Shown: positions 18,431 through 33,015 of the stretch, in pieces
Layout of the letters: each line of letters starts with the position of its first letter
How positions within the stretch are numbered: position 1 is the first letter of the stretch
NCBI GenBank assembly: GCA_048013815.1
Contig: CM106586.1
Span: 1,860,001 to 1,924,000 of the forward strand
Direction: 5' to 3'
DNA: 64,000 bases
From: Setoptus koraiensis
Taxonomy: Eukaryota > Animalia > Arthropoda
Position numbers and translations under genes: made by a program
Notes under the pieces: model-generated
Databases searched by the model: none
Told to the model about the DNA's origin: nothing
Seen by the model: the letters and a program-made list of their open reading frames with translations, nothing else

Positions 18431-21400
18431 AAGATGGCGCCACTTGAGCGGGCTCGTTTGAAACGCCTCAACAACATTGAACATTGTCGATTTTGGCCAA
18501 TTTCAACCGGCTGACTAGAATCAATCAGATAAGGGCCTGCGTGGTGGATAGCAGAATATGGAGGCACGGAAAGGGGCAAAGAATCGCAAAAGAAGAAACG
18601 CTATAGATGGTATAGGAGTAGACGGACCAGAACAGCATTGCAATGCTTTATTGCGTGATCAGACTCTCGATCTCTATTAGAGATGTGCTATTAGTTTGAC
18701 TGGCTGCCCGTGTGTTTATCTATCATGTCCACCAAGTAACAACACAAACAATCCAATTGGCTGCTGGTATCGGTGCCCACCAAATGGGGGTACCAATTTC
18801 GTCTGCTCTAGTTAGCTCATCTCATCTCATCTAGTTAGCTTGTCAGTGGGCAGCAGCAATATTGCAACATGGGGCCAACATGGCAACAAAAGCGTATCGC
18901 TGCCCTAATACCTGTGATACCAATATTGTGGCTCACACAACAACCATATTCTGACAATCATCATCGCTCACTTGTTAAATGTTGCATTGGCTCGCTGCTT
19001 GATCCTAACAGGATAGATTTTCCTTTTGCAGCGGCTTCCTTATCTCATTCGCCTCATCTCATGTCCCTCTATCTATTGTCTATCTATATGCTCTATGTCC
19101 GTCTACATCTGCTGCCCGCCAGTGATGACACAAATCACGCAATGCAGGTATCATCACATCCAATCACCAATATCAATGTATGTAACGGCACACTCGCCAG
19201 TTCACCTGTCGCCGGTCATCGAGACAACACATCACAACGCATGTTGTGCATCTTGCACAAAACTGACCCCCCCCCGCCCCGCTTACATTGAGCACACAAT
19301 TTTTTGTTGGCTCCTCTTGTCAGAACTGGTAGAGGTGCGAGATAAAGAGGTTCATCGTGTTAGTTCGACATGCACCCATAGATGCAATAAGAAGTAAAAA
19401 ATATCAATTAGAATCAGGCCATTCCGAGAGATAATTAACGAATAGACTCAAAAGCAGCCTCACTCATAGGGAAGATTCAGGCTAGTTAGATCGAATTGAT
19501 TCGTTCAGGCCAACCAGACAGGCTCAAGACAGATTTAAAGCGAATGTTGTCTTGTCGTTCGACATCCAAGAAAGTATTTAGTGATGTGTTATGAGAAAAT
19601 CAGCCACATCGAATCATGCCATAAGCAAAGTGGGCAAGAAGGAAAAGTGCAAGTCTCAAAGGACAAAAGTCCCTTGTGTCTACGAAGGGAACTCGTTGAG
19701 TGTGGCCAAGAAAAGTCTAATAGGGGCCTCGCCCGAAAAAAGAGGATTGGATTACAAATGGTCGATGAGAAACGAAGTTGAGTTTCTCTGGCAATGTTGA
19801 CAACAGGAACGAGTCGCTTATTTGAGACACAACATGCTCTTTCATTTAAAAATAACTTGCCACGCATCTCGCCGTTAGTTGTTGAACAAACGATTGGCCA
19901 CAAACCAACAAACCAACTCAAACCAGAAATGCTGATTGACGGCTGTTGGTTTGTTGGACTGATTGGCGCAACAAACCAAATGGTGTCTGGTTAATTATTG
20001 CATTTGCGTATCTACAGCAACAAGCGCGTGCGAGTCACATTTATTGCATTGCATAGTATGTGATGCTATAAATGTTTTGTTGTTGTGTCGTTTCGTTGCT
20101 GGCAGCATCGATGATTATTCGAGCCATCACGAGCCAGTATGTGCACTTATATATGCAAATGAGCCCCCATCAATGAGCTAACTAACTCTGGAGCACGAAA
20201 AGCAGAAAAAGCATGAATAAATGCGCCCACGGTTAGAGAGACACACAAAAATAGAGCAACCAGATAGATCGGCCTAGATGATACCGCTCGTGTTCATTTG
20301 TCGTATTTAGAGCGACCATAATGAAGCGAATTGGGGCCCCTTCGTGCTATGCGCCATACAGCGTACAAAATATATATTATTTATTATATTTATAAACTAT
20401 GTACATTTTGGGTGACATTTCGCTTTTTTTTATGCACGACACTAAACTAGCGAAAAGGTTTGTGTTGACAACGAGAGGAAAAAAATGTGTAAAGTTGCCC
20501 TTTGCTCAGGCGTTTTTAAATCAACAGCGTCGACAGCGATCATGATTCATGGGCTGAGTTGGCCGACTCGATAATGGCATTGTGACAATTGCGCCAGACT
20601 GAAACACTTTAGTTTTACTCGCTAGAGTCTCTATTGTGTCGCGACTCGCGAGGCCCGTTATTCAAAGCAACGCAACAAAGCGAAGTGCCCGTCAGTTGGT
20701 AGTATGGTTTTATTTTATTAGCATTATGTGTGCTAGTACACAGGTAACGCGATTGTCGGCCAAAGGGTCGACTGCTCGACGACTGCAAGCGATTGATCAA
20801 TCTCGAGAGCAGCTTGCTGTTGTCGTGGCTGCTGTTGTTGTCGTCGAGATTTGCGACGCAACTGCAACTGCATCCAATGATTGAACGGGCCAATTATTTG
20901 CCGATGCTAATGGTCGTCACACTGGCTAATAGCAACTAGCACACCATGTCAACTGTGCCATCACTGATGAGTGCAATTTCCTGATTTGCGCCCGCTCACC
21001 GTTGCATTGTGTTTTTTAGCGGCCCCAATTCACCTGAATCGTTTAAACTGAACACTGCATCCGGTTGTCGCTGTTGCTCGCTTTGCAGCTAGTTTTATTG
21101 GCGCACTGTCGACACGCTGACAACATTGTGAGAAAACATAGAAGAGAGCAAATGAGAGTGGCGCCCGCTCAAATAATTCAGTCGGCATGAAGCATGGCCA
21201 AATTGTTTACCGTCGGTCTTGACAAATAGCTTACAATGGGAGCCCGTATATTATTGTTTGGTTGAGCCCAGCTCGTGCGCGACATTACCTGGCCGACAAG
21301 ATACTGCATGTATTATCTGGCAGCTCAACCATATTGTTGTGCCAGTAGCAGCCACTGGATATTTGCACATATCTCTGGGAGTCGCTAGGAGTTATTGTGT

Positions 21401-24400
21401 GCTGCTGCTTAGTGGGCCCAGTTGGTGTTCGTGCGCAAGATAAACTGTGCCAGAGGAGACTGCAAATATTCACTGGGGCATGTCGTGTTGATCAAGGTTT
21501 GTTTGTTTGCGCGCTAAGAAGATAGATATATGAGCTAGATCAGCACTAGATGAGAGTTGCAGATCACAGATTGAATGGAATCGCCGCTATATGACTACTG
21601 TGAGTGTGCCGTCATTGATTCTTTAGCGGATTCTCTAGGCTTGCTGCCTCTCTAGGGCCATGGACGGTGGCTTGAAAAAGAGGCACCCGAGAGGGATTTT
21701 TCTCGGCCAGAGGTGTAACGTGTGCCGAGCGTCTTATGCTGGCGTCTTGGGGCCTTAATTGAATATGTTTGTCAGCCTAAAGCTGGCACGGCTTTGCACA
21801 AGCTTAAGGGCCTCACTCTCTGTGCTCCCTGTTCGCACCCCCCCCCGGCCCCCCACGCCACCGAGGCCAAGATTGATGGGTATTTTATATATGAGTATCC
21901 AGATATAGAGATATACGTATGTATGAGAGGGGACAGAGAAAAGGGCACCCACAACAACCAACAGACTGTGCTGAACAGGGGCCAAAAGGGCAACAAGGCA
22001 ACGGGCAGATAGCGAAAATTAACTGCTTGCCCGCCGAGGCAATAATAGCACCGAGATGCTGGCTGGCTGGTTCAACATGGTGCTGGTGATCCCGCCGAGT
22101 TGCCAGGTATCTGGAGGCCCGTCGAATGCGCACGCTGGCACGAAGCGCTCCACCTCAAGGGTGAGAATTTAATAACAACTGGCTCTTGCGAGTAGTCTAT
22201 TCAGCCGAGCGGAAGGTCCCCGGAGCATCGATAGCCGGCCGAATCTGTTATATGTGCCAGTGGTGGTCGCAATGAGAACATGGAGCTGCAACCTGGCCAG
22301 CACCATCAGCGAACAGATGAGATGAGCAAGATAATATGCTAGTGCACATTGTGACGCTCGCAACAGCATATTACCTAATTTCAGTGAAAATTCTCACAAT
22401 TGCGTACCTCTTTCACACACACAATCGTATTTAAATCACCCGTCGGGCAAGACTCGAAATCGGAGACAAAAATAGCAATGGTTGCGCATCAATAATATAT
22501 AATGCATAATAATATCGACTTGGCACGCCTATGTGCACAAGTGAACAACAGCAACAGCGAAACATAAAGTTATGCAAATGGGGTTAAACAACAACGACAA
22601 CAACGCACAAGTCAATTAGTATGGCGGGCACGTAGCAAGCCTTCGAAGGCGCTACTTTGCTGTGTCTTCTTAGCGCAGCTTTTGGTTTATTCACGCAGAG
22701 CTAGATTGGGGGCCCATTTGATCGCTTAACTGCTACTTGTGTGCTAGTTTTCATTTAAAATTAAATCAAATCATTCCATTCCATTTTAAATGGTGCTGAA
22801 TGGGGGCGAGATTTTGTTGATCGGCGTGAACTGGGTGCGCCAACCAATCTTGCCCAACCTATTCTACAACTGATGGCTGGGCTAGATTGGGGCCCACTTA
22901 AAGTTGCATATGTCACAGGGGAAATGTTGCCGCTGGTGCTGATGATGATTTTGTTGATCTGAAAATCACAGTCGCACTCGAGTCGTCACGCCAGTCGTCA
23001 GGCGGCGGCCCATCACCGAGAGATCACCGATAGATCACTGAGAAGAGGGCGCAAAACTGGTGCTTTTAGTTGAGTTACGAGCACCATCTTTTTAAGCATT
23101 ATCCAAATTGTATCATGTTATATGAAGCGTGAGTTGTTCATTTTAGCACTCATGCCTACCGTGTTGTGCTATAGCCGATTGGTGCTGGCTATGATGTAAT
23201 AATGAGCAAATGACGACGGCGACGCTGACGAATTGCATGAAGAGAAACGCGTCGCACGTATAGTCAAAGTAGAGCGTCCACTGTAGAGTGGCAAAAGGCA
23301 AGGAGAGAGGCGCGAAAATGAAAAATAGGAGAAATCATCATGATTCATGACGCTTTAATGAGGAACACAATAGTTTTAACGCAACAACAGTGCAATGGGT
23401 ATTGTGTCACTGTCTATTGTGTGTGATCTATCACTCTATGACAGCAGCAAAACTATGACACAACGCGCAACAACAAATCTCATCATGTCCCGTCGCTGCT
23501 GTATCGTGTTGCTGGCAGCATTAGCACGACCAACTCTAACACCAACACCAACACTGCCCGTGCTAGCATTAAATTCAATTCCGGTAGTTGTGTGTGTGTG
23601 TGTGTGCGTGGCCATATTGAAACACACACACGCACGCACTGTGCGGAAAGGCACAGCAAGCAGAAGTGGGCCCAATGAGCCGTGATGCACTTCCGGCGAG
23701 TTCGAACCGTTTTCAGCGCCGGTTTAGAGCGATTTGAAAAAAGTGCCCATTGCGCGGCCGGTGTTAGTGGCTGGTGTTACTACACTGGCATGGTGTTATG
23801 TAACATTGCCAATATTACATGGGCCGACAACAACAACAACAACATCAGCAACAACAACAACGGCCACAACGACAGCAACAACACGACTAAATAGTGTTCA
23901 CGTGAGTCATGTAACAGCGCACAACAGTGACGTAACAGTGCTAGTCGCAATCTGCCCTTTCAATCACTGATTGTGTGCCCAATTAGGCGGCTGCTGGTAT
24001 GCTTATTGGCGCAATATCCACCATACATCTACCAATATGTATAATGTTTGCCGGTAATCGATCGATTATACCCATGACTGACCCGTTGCGGCCCAGATAC
24101 CTCCCGTGATTCATCTTGTGATGGTACCCGTTGAAAACTCGTTGCTTCATGGATATTCGTTGGGCTCATTCGGGGCCTCATCTGTAACCTACACACTGTA
24201 AGCCTTTGAGTTTTGTCGGTAGCTGTGAGATTTTTCTGCATGAGCGTTGCGCAAAAATCTCGCGCTCGCTCGTGCAAGCAGCGCATGCGAAACTCTGCTC
24301 ACCTATCACTGATAGGCCATCAGGCGGGCCTCAATTCGCCTATTAGCTATTATATTGCCACCAATCAAAATCCAAGGCCATCGATATCAATTATGTGCCG

Positions 24401-24825
24401 CTTGGTTGTCGTCGTCGCAACTTGCAAGGTGCGTGGCTTGGCTGTCACTCTTGGGATCAATTGGTTTCTCGTGGCGCCCATAAACTAACTTGCCGGGCTT
24501 ATAACTGCCGGGCCCCAGCAGCACATTGGATAAGTTTGCAAGCGACAACAGTTGTTCCATTAGCGACACAGTGACAGTCATAACTGCGTGCGGCGCGCTC
24601 ACTCGACTACACATTGCAGGCCAATCTCTATCTAATCTGTTGTCGTTGATAGCGGCATTAGTAGTGGCACTTGTAGTCACCATTTTTAATCTTGCCAATT
24701 TTCAAAGTCCGCCACCCCGAGCTGCACGCGCACACGCACACACACACACACGAGTTGCAGTTACAGTTAGCCATCAAGTTGCCAGTTGGCGAATTAGCGA
24801 GCCAGAGAGACAGAGATGAAGAGAT

Positions 24826-24860
<35 letters not shown>

Positions 24861-27800
24861 GAGAGAAAAAAAAGATTTTGGCCCAAATTTGCAGTCACAG
24901 GCACAAATTGAAGCGGGGCCCCAAAGAACGAGGGCCCATACACAACAACTGGGCCCGAATAGTGTCATCTTAAACTAATAGATGCACGCACTGTGCAATC
25001 TCTGATGAGCAGGGGGCGCAAGCAGCGAGCGAGGCTGAAAGTGAAAAAGATTTCAATGGAATAACAGTGATATAAATGACACTAACTGTATAAAACTACC
25101 ATGGTAAATGTACCATATTGCGTCATAGTCTGTTTAGCCGGTGAAGTGAATGACACACACACGCACACACAACCAAGTTTGGCACAATCGCACACTTGTT
25201 TGCAAGTCGGCCAGTTGCGGGCCCTAATTGGAATCGGGGGCCGAGGGGGCGCCATGTGCCAGCAGGCACTAATAGCCCAATAGCCAACTGCCAGATATTA
25301 CAATCTGACAATCTCTTCTATCACTTTCATACAGCGAACGAGAGCAAATTGAAATAGACCATTACGCTGGCTGTTTGCAGTGAAAGTTTTTCAACTTTGT
25401 TCACTCTCGCTGTGCCGATCTATATCGATATCTGTCTGTGCGGATATAACTGTGTGCATCTAACTGTGCGGATATAACTGTGCGGATCTAACTGGATTGT
25501 TGGCAACTTTACTGGGCCATAAAAGAACACACATTCATACCGACAGACAGGGGGGCATGGATTTTTTGCTAATAAATTGTCAGTAATGGTTGTCAGTATC
25601 TACCAACAGCTGACAGTGTGTAGTATAGAGTATACACTGTAGAGGGCCATTCCGACAGGGGCCAAGCAGTGCTATTTACTGCATTCTTTCGTTCGTTCCA
25701 AACACCCCGCCACCAATGAAATAAAGTAAGAGGGGGCCAGAGAATAAATTGAGTCATGGTGATATCATGTTGAAACGACTGCCGCCGGCTAATAGCAATT
25801 GATACAACAACTCGATGCCGACACACACACACACACCGAATCGAGAATTGACAATCGCGCATCGAGCATCGAGAATTGAGAATGGAAAATTGAAAATTGA
25901 AAGGAAGCCAGTAGTTGTTGTTTCACATGTAAGGCGGCTTGCGTAATTTGTTTATACGAGCAACGAGCCCATTAAATAATGGACGCATTGCTCGCTCGTA
26001 TAAATAGCGCTGGCAACTGTGTAAAAGTAGTAAACACATTTTACATATTTCTGCTGGCGATATAGTGGCCAAAACAAAATTACCAATTCAGTTTGCGCTC
26101 CAACAACAGAAACGAAAACGCATCGAAAAGGAGGCATCGCGCAAGAAAAAAAAAGAGAGAAGAGAAAATAATCATAAATTGTCACCACACACTGCAAATG
26201 CTGCAAATGCATCTCTTTCGAGGCTGGCCCGCCAATGTTAAATAGGCTCCAGAGTCTAGACGCCAAATGGTCTGTGCCATTGCTTGCTCGCTGCACGACA
26301 ATGGCAAGGTCGTCCACTGGCTGTCCAGCGACAATTGTTTTGTGATTCATGGTGTCCCTTTTAGCCGCTTTTGGCCACTTTTCCACTCCCAACTTGGCCC
26401 CAACTCGGCCCCATTCGGGCGGCCAATTGGCCAATCTAGCAGAGTCGCTGTGCAGCGGGGCCCACACACAAACAAAACGACAACAATTTACAACAATTTC
26501 TCGCTGTCTAGTCTGCTCTAACTGGCCCCCTTTGACACTAGCACAAACAAACAAATTACCGTGCCAATATTGCAGCCGGCCATTGGCAAGCTGTCAGTTG
26601 CATATTGCCTGTCGCCCGTTGCAGACATTAATTTTGGGCCCAAGCGAAAATTATGGGGCCAAACAGGTGCCTCGAACGTCATGAAATGGTGACGAACCGC
26701 TAAATAATTCTGCTCGCTGGCTCACGTTATGTGCGATTGGATGCATTTGTTCTGAACGAATTGTTCAAGACAAAAATCACACGAATAAATAAATCACTGG
26801 CTTGCCATTAAACGATAATCGCACGAATCTCACAACGAATCTTGTCAGTTGCGGGCGACGATTATGTGAGTTGGAATATGATTCAAACGCCACACAGTTT
26901 GTCAGCTCACTCGCTGGCTTGTCATTTGAAATGCAAAACGATTCCTTCCAGCTTGGCCCATCGTTTTGAACATTTCGACACAGCTATCTGCCAGTTGGCC
27001 GCGAACTGGATTAGACTAACTTTGCTGACCGCGCGTTGTGGCCGTGTGTCAATGAGCAAATTAAACAGCAATTACATAGTAGAATGTCTTTTAGATTGGC
27101 ACACTTTGGCCGCCAGGATTGTTTGACAAGTCCGCTCGTCGCACTCACACTCTGCAAATTTGGCGCCCACTGATCGTGCACACAAGACTGACCAGTCGTG
27201 TATGGCAGTTTGTTTTTGCATTAATCGGGCGCGCAACGAGCGCCAATTCGCATAGGTGGTCACGTGGTGCGAGGCCGGTCTATTGTCGCTGGCGAGAGAA
27301 TTCGAGAGAAATCATACCCAAAGTGAGCTGACAAGAAAAATGATCCAACAAAAGAATGGGAACGCGAAAAGCGAACAAAGGCGCTGAAAAAGTCTGCCGG
27401 CGCTCTGCTGACCGCCACAGCGGCCTTATCTGCGACTCTCAGACTGAGAGGCCAAAGTAACTGGGTTCCGGATTATATTCACGAGAGATGTTGGCGCTGA
27501 ATTGTATAAATTTATCGAAGGTCGCTCCGATCGCGCGCCCCTGCGATGGCCTCGTTCTCGGGCAGAGGCCTCAAAGTTTGCAATATCCGCGCAAATAATG
27601 GCGCGCATAGCGGCCACACAGACAAGCGCATATTTTGTTTCGGCCAGCAATACCGTTGGCACGTATTCCAACTCACGCATTGGCACTGAAATGATTAGAC
27701 GTGTGTGTGTGTGTGTGTGTGCATAATTGTGTTATGTCCGAAAATGATGATGAATATGAATGCGGCCTCCATTATCAAGTCCATCATCGATCAATGATTT

Positions 27801-30800
27801 GCAGCCCACGATGATGGACCGACGAGAGAATGGGCGAGAGAGGGAGACGGAATGAGAATCTGACAAACATTGTGTGTTTGCCCATCGCGCTCATGATGAT
27901 ATTTGCATTTAGGAGCACAATTCAGGCAAGGGGCCCAAATCAGGAGACAGAGCAAAAGCGATGATTAGTTTCATTTAGTTGCAGCAAACGGTTTGATGAT
28001 CCAAGTTGGCGCAGCACGTGCAAAAACGCGCGCCGCCCCAATTGGAATTCTTTCGTCAGGGAAACAACTGGTATACAACTGGCAACTGAATAAAGCAGCA
28101 GCAGTCAATCAGCCTGCACAGTTTGTTGTAGTTGCCAATGCCAGTGTGAGCACTGTCTGACAAGGGATATTTGGGCATCGTGAGGCGCTTGTTATGTTAG
28201 CGAGGGAGCCAGCCAACAAAAACTTGTTGTTATTTGACGGGCCAAGTTACTCGTGGTGGTCGTTGGGGCCTCGTCGTTCGAATATCGGCCCCACACAGAG
28301 CAATTGAGTGAGAGAGCAAATCCAATTTGAAATTATTCCTTTATTACCATAATCTCGTTATAATCATTTAGTGCGCTGACTTGTCATCTCTCAGCTGACG
28401 GTATCTAGTGGCGTTATCTTTATTATTATTATTATTGGGCTGCTTTGCTCGTGCTTGATGGGGATGAGGGATCCCCCCGTCGTGAGCGCTGCGTCTTGTT
28501 TAGAGAAACAATTTTTATTAGCCGGTCCCTCGGCACCAGCAGCGGCACCAGTGAGGCTCCAGTGAGGCTCCAGTGGGCCAAATGAGACGCCACTAACTGG
28601 AGATTGGTTGTGCGTGTGTGCGCAAAGACAACTAAGGGCAGACAATTTGCATGAGAATGAGAAGTGCGGCCGATGATGAGTCACCCCATTTCGGCTCGTC
28701 CACCAGCGATGCGCTGCCGGGCCCCAAAACACTCTGATGATCAGAGTGTGATGAGATGCAAGCGAGTGTGTATGTCAAGATGGCACGTTCTTTGCACACC
28801 CACACATCATCATCATCATCATCATCATATAAAACTTGTGTGTCAGTGAAGAATAATGCAATTGTTATGTAATATTATGCAACAGTATGGGGGGCCAAAT
28901 GGGGCCAAATAAAGCCAAATGGAGCCAAATGGAGCCAAATGAGTGAGTGCCGGCGAACAACAGCAACAAAGAATTCAACGAGGGCCCGTCGTCGACCGCA
29001 TCTCGCATCGCAATGAGACGCCAGCCAATGGGCACACAATCAATCAAACAATGTCTCGCTGCCCCAACGGCCACTAAATGAAATAATATGGCGAGGTGCT
29101 CTTTTCTTGATTGGCTCGCTTATATCGCATGTCAAGCAATATCGCACACATACAAACACAAATGCATCGATGATATCATCGCCATGGCCACACAAACAGT
29201 GTGCGCCTAACGAGAGTGTTTGCAATATTGAGCTATCTCAATCGGTGCATTTTATATAGTTTAGATGAGTGTTTTTGCTGTGATCCGATCAGATCTTGAT
29301 AATAATAATATTGAGTTGATAGAGTCAATCAGATAGAGCCAGTTTCAGTGGCCAGCAGCGAGATTGCAGTCACGACTTTGGCTGCTGCTGCGTTTGCTCA
29401 AGCGATTTGGGGCCAGTTCCAGCGAGCCAGTTGTGTTGTGTCGCTGGCTCTGGCTCTGACCGGACTTGTTTGGGGGCACCTTTCTTTTGCACGCGTCAAC
29501 ATGGCAAAACACAACACAACACATTAAGTGTAATGGTAGAGAACGGGCACCAAGTGAACCAAATGAAGCGATTAATTCTAATATAAACAAGAGATTCTTC
29601 TCTCTCCATTGTGTAGATTGTTGGCGCTACTTAGCACGTCGCACGTTGGCTGCCGGTCATTGGTTGAATCAGTTGAATCAATGCACCAACCAATCGACAG
29701 CCACTGATTATTGTTGATGCCAACAACGCCAACAACGCCAACGATTGCCACTGTTCTCCAAATTCTCTCGCTATTGGCAAAATATATACAAACAGAAGTA
29801 TACAACAGAACAACTACCGATGGGGCCCATATCTGGTGTTAATATCTGACGACAATGCAAACCGCTTGTCACACACACTCACAAGATGGCCGACTTGTCA
29901 ATCACTCGCACACGTTCTGCTGGCTATTATTGGCCAAGTAGCCCTAGATCGGCCACCGACAATTGCTGCTGCCACCGACAATTCTCGACGAGCCGACCGA
30001 ACCAATCGGGGAACCGACCGAACCAACCGAGGAGGCAACAGCAGCGGCTTTGGGCCGAAAAGTTGCACTTGGACAAGTTTTGCTCGTTCAAGTCGGTGAG
30101 AATGAGCACTGGAGAGAACGCTGTGAAATGCAGTATCCGGATTCCGGAATTGATTCTCCGCCAGCGCCAAACAAGACTCAGCAATTCTCTGGTCTCGTTG
30201 AGCATTCGTCTCGAGAATCACACATCTGACATTGGGTTGGTGCGGTGTCCCGTTAAACCGACTTACCCAGTGGCCAGTTTCAGGCTTACACTGTCGCTTT
30301 GCATCAATTGCACTTCTTCGTTGTTAGGTTGGCTACAGTTGGTATAATGGCTAGGTGCATCGTGAGACAGAGCAAGTAACAATAGAGGCAGCGCCTGCCA
30401 AATTAGCATCACAGATCATGAGGGATAATTTGTGTTGATGTGTCATACTCATGTGCCCACTCGGGTGTCTAATTAATTGTGCTCCCATTCTGCCCGCTCC
30501 TATTGGGCTCACAGTGTAAGCCGGCAAGCGAGCCAATTGTTTGCATGTTAGTTAGTTACACTAATGACGGGGCCCCTTTTTCATTCATTGGCACACTTCT
30601 TGTTGTCTTAATTGTGAGCAACGCGCGAATAAAAAAGGGGCCCGCTCCAACAAGCGAGCGCCTGCCTGGCATCATGACGCCCCAGAGAGCGAATGAGCCT
30701 TGTTTTTTATGCTGGCTGTTAGCTAACTCGCCTTATCTGGTGAGAGTTTCCATTTAAAAGTGTCACCAGTCAGTTTAGCTGGATATGGCATTGTGCGCCA

Positions 30801-31856
30801 GCAGCCAGTGAAGCAAGCCGCTTGCATTGCATTGGTAATTGGATTAGACGTGTTGTTAAGCTTGAAAAACGTTATAACCGTTATACTTACGTTTTGTAAT
30901 AATAATAGAGGCGCCCGGTGTGCTCAATAGAGGGCCCACTTGGCTCTGTTCTGGCATTGTTTTAATGCAACCAGCGGATGCTGCTTTGGGCAATGGCTGC
31001 TCATTGGGGCGACAATTTGAGCCGACTTGAGAGAGAGGGAGCCCCCTTTGTATTGTTGTCACCAGCGCCAGCCAACAATGCAAAGCGCCCACAGTGACAA
31101 TGAGCCGCTAATGATTTTCGATGGATAAAATAGCTAAAATGTAGCTCTTTCTGCTCGGCTGTTGTTGTTGTTAGTTGTGCTTTCGATTTGCAGCGAGTGT
31201 CTACCAGAATCCAGTCATTAGACAGATAGTCTCTATAATCTGGCCATATCTAGCGCGCTCTCTCTCACTCTTTTCATATCACACTGGCAACACAAGCATG
31301 CTGCTGCCAGTCAAAACGAACAGTCATCGTAACCAGTTATACACATAGTTGGATTTAATTTGCATAAAGATAATTTGCACTTATTCCGAAATGCTCACTC
31401 TCGCTCGCTCACTCGCTCGCTGGCCATTTGTGAAACAATCACACAATAATGCTAGTTATCTGACTGTTACATTCGGACAGTATCCCATCAGATGGCATCA
31501 GTTGCACGAGCATGCATCGGATGCATCACACGACATGAGGCCCCGTTTCTCTATTTGGTCGTTGCTTTTAGTGCTGGTTGTTGGTTGTTGCCAGAGACAA
31601 TGATAATAGGCGATACAACAATTGAACGGTGCGCGTCAAATATTCAACAGCCAACTTTTACTTTGTTACAATGCTGCTAGTTTGAATGCGCCAAACAAGC
31701 GCATATGGGCCCCCAACGGGAATCCGTGGATCCGTTGGCCAACCAACCAACAAGTTGGCTACTGTATTCAGGTGGGCGAGGCGAGTAATTGGCTGGGCGA
31801 GCTACTACTTCAGAAAGCGACTACTTTACAGAGCGAGGCTGCACCAAAGCGACCAT

Positions 31857-31918
31857 AGCGACTACAGCGACTACAGCGACTACAGTGACTCTAGCGACTC
31901 TAGCGACTCTAGCGACAG
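31857..31918. repeat. 9-bp minisatellite (AGCGACTAC / AGCGACTCT)
   Basis: Direct reading of ~7 units. Confidence 0.85.
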
Positions 31919-32942
31919 CGGCGGCAAACCAAGTGCAAAGTGACATATGACAATGGGCTGTTAATTGAAGTGAGCTTGCCATTGCTCTCGGCTGGCATTC
32001 GATGATTATAATTGCCATCTAGCATTGTCACTGGCACCCTTATTACCGCTGCCAACATTGGCTGCTTATATAATAATATCATGCCAACAGCTGGTTTTGA
32101 TAGCAGCAGAACGTATCGCTAGCTAGATCATATTGTTGAGCCAGCTCAACATGCAATCAGCTAGCACCGGCGACACTGAAAATTGTTGCCGGATGTTGCC
32201 ATTTCTAAAAGAGAAATTTGTCTAACTATTGGGCTGCTTATTAACTGGCACTCATGAATTTGGTGATTAGTATGTGCAGTCTAGACTGGACTACTCCCGC
32301 AGCAACTTTCAACAATCAACTTTCAGTTAAAAATGCCAATCATCTGTGGGCCAACTAATTAATTAGCTACTACTGCTGCTGCTGCTGTTGCTTAGCGATA
32401 AGATTAGAGCGGCTTACATTGGGGCCAGTTCGCCATTGGGGCCACTCTCGACCTGACAGACACACTTTATCTCTCTTGTTGTTTGATAGTTCGTTGCTGC
32501 GGTGCAATTTGTTGGTTAACATACGAATCGTATGATACGACAGTCTCATTCACGTTGTCTGAAACAAGAACAATTTTAACTAACAGTCAGTTCGCCATTT
32601 AGTGCACAAATATTTTCTAGCGAGGCTACTTTTGCCACTACCGCTACTTACTTACTTGTTAGTTTGCGGTTGCACAAACTGCTGGTGCAACCGCAACCAA
32701 ATCATTGTTGTCTGTTATTATCTCTGGCGCATCAAAACAACAACTACTACTTACAGCTCGCTGAGGCCGGTTTCGGTGGGCGCGAATGATGCGCCACCCA
32801 AAAATAGCCTAGGCAAGAAAACAAAGCAAAACAACAATATGCAACAACCGCTCCGTTGAAACTGTAAACGATGTTTGTGTTGCGGGCAAACTTAGTTGGC
32901 CACACAAATCTCTAATGATACCTAACCTACGCCAGCCCAACC

Positions 32943-33015
32943 GGCACAGTTAGCAGGCACCGTTAGTTGGCACCGTTAGCCGGCCCCGTTGGCTGGCCCC
33001 GTTAGCTGACACCGG
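32943..33015. repeat. ~14-bp degenerate minisatellite (GGCACCGTTAG core)
   Basis: ggcacagttagca ggcaccgttagtt ggcaccgttagcc ggccccgttggct ggccccgttagct gacaccgg. Confidence 0.75.
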
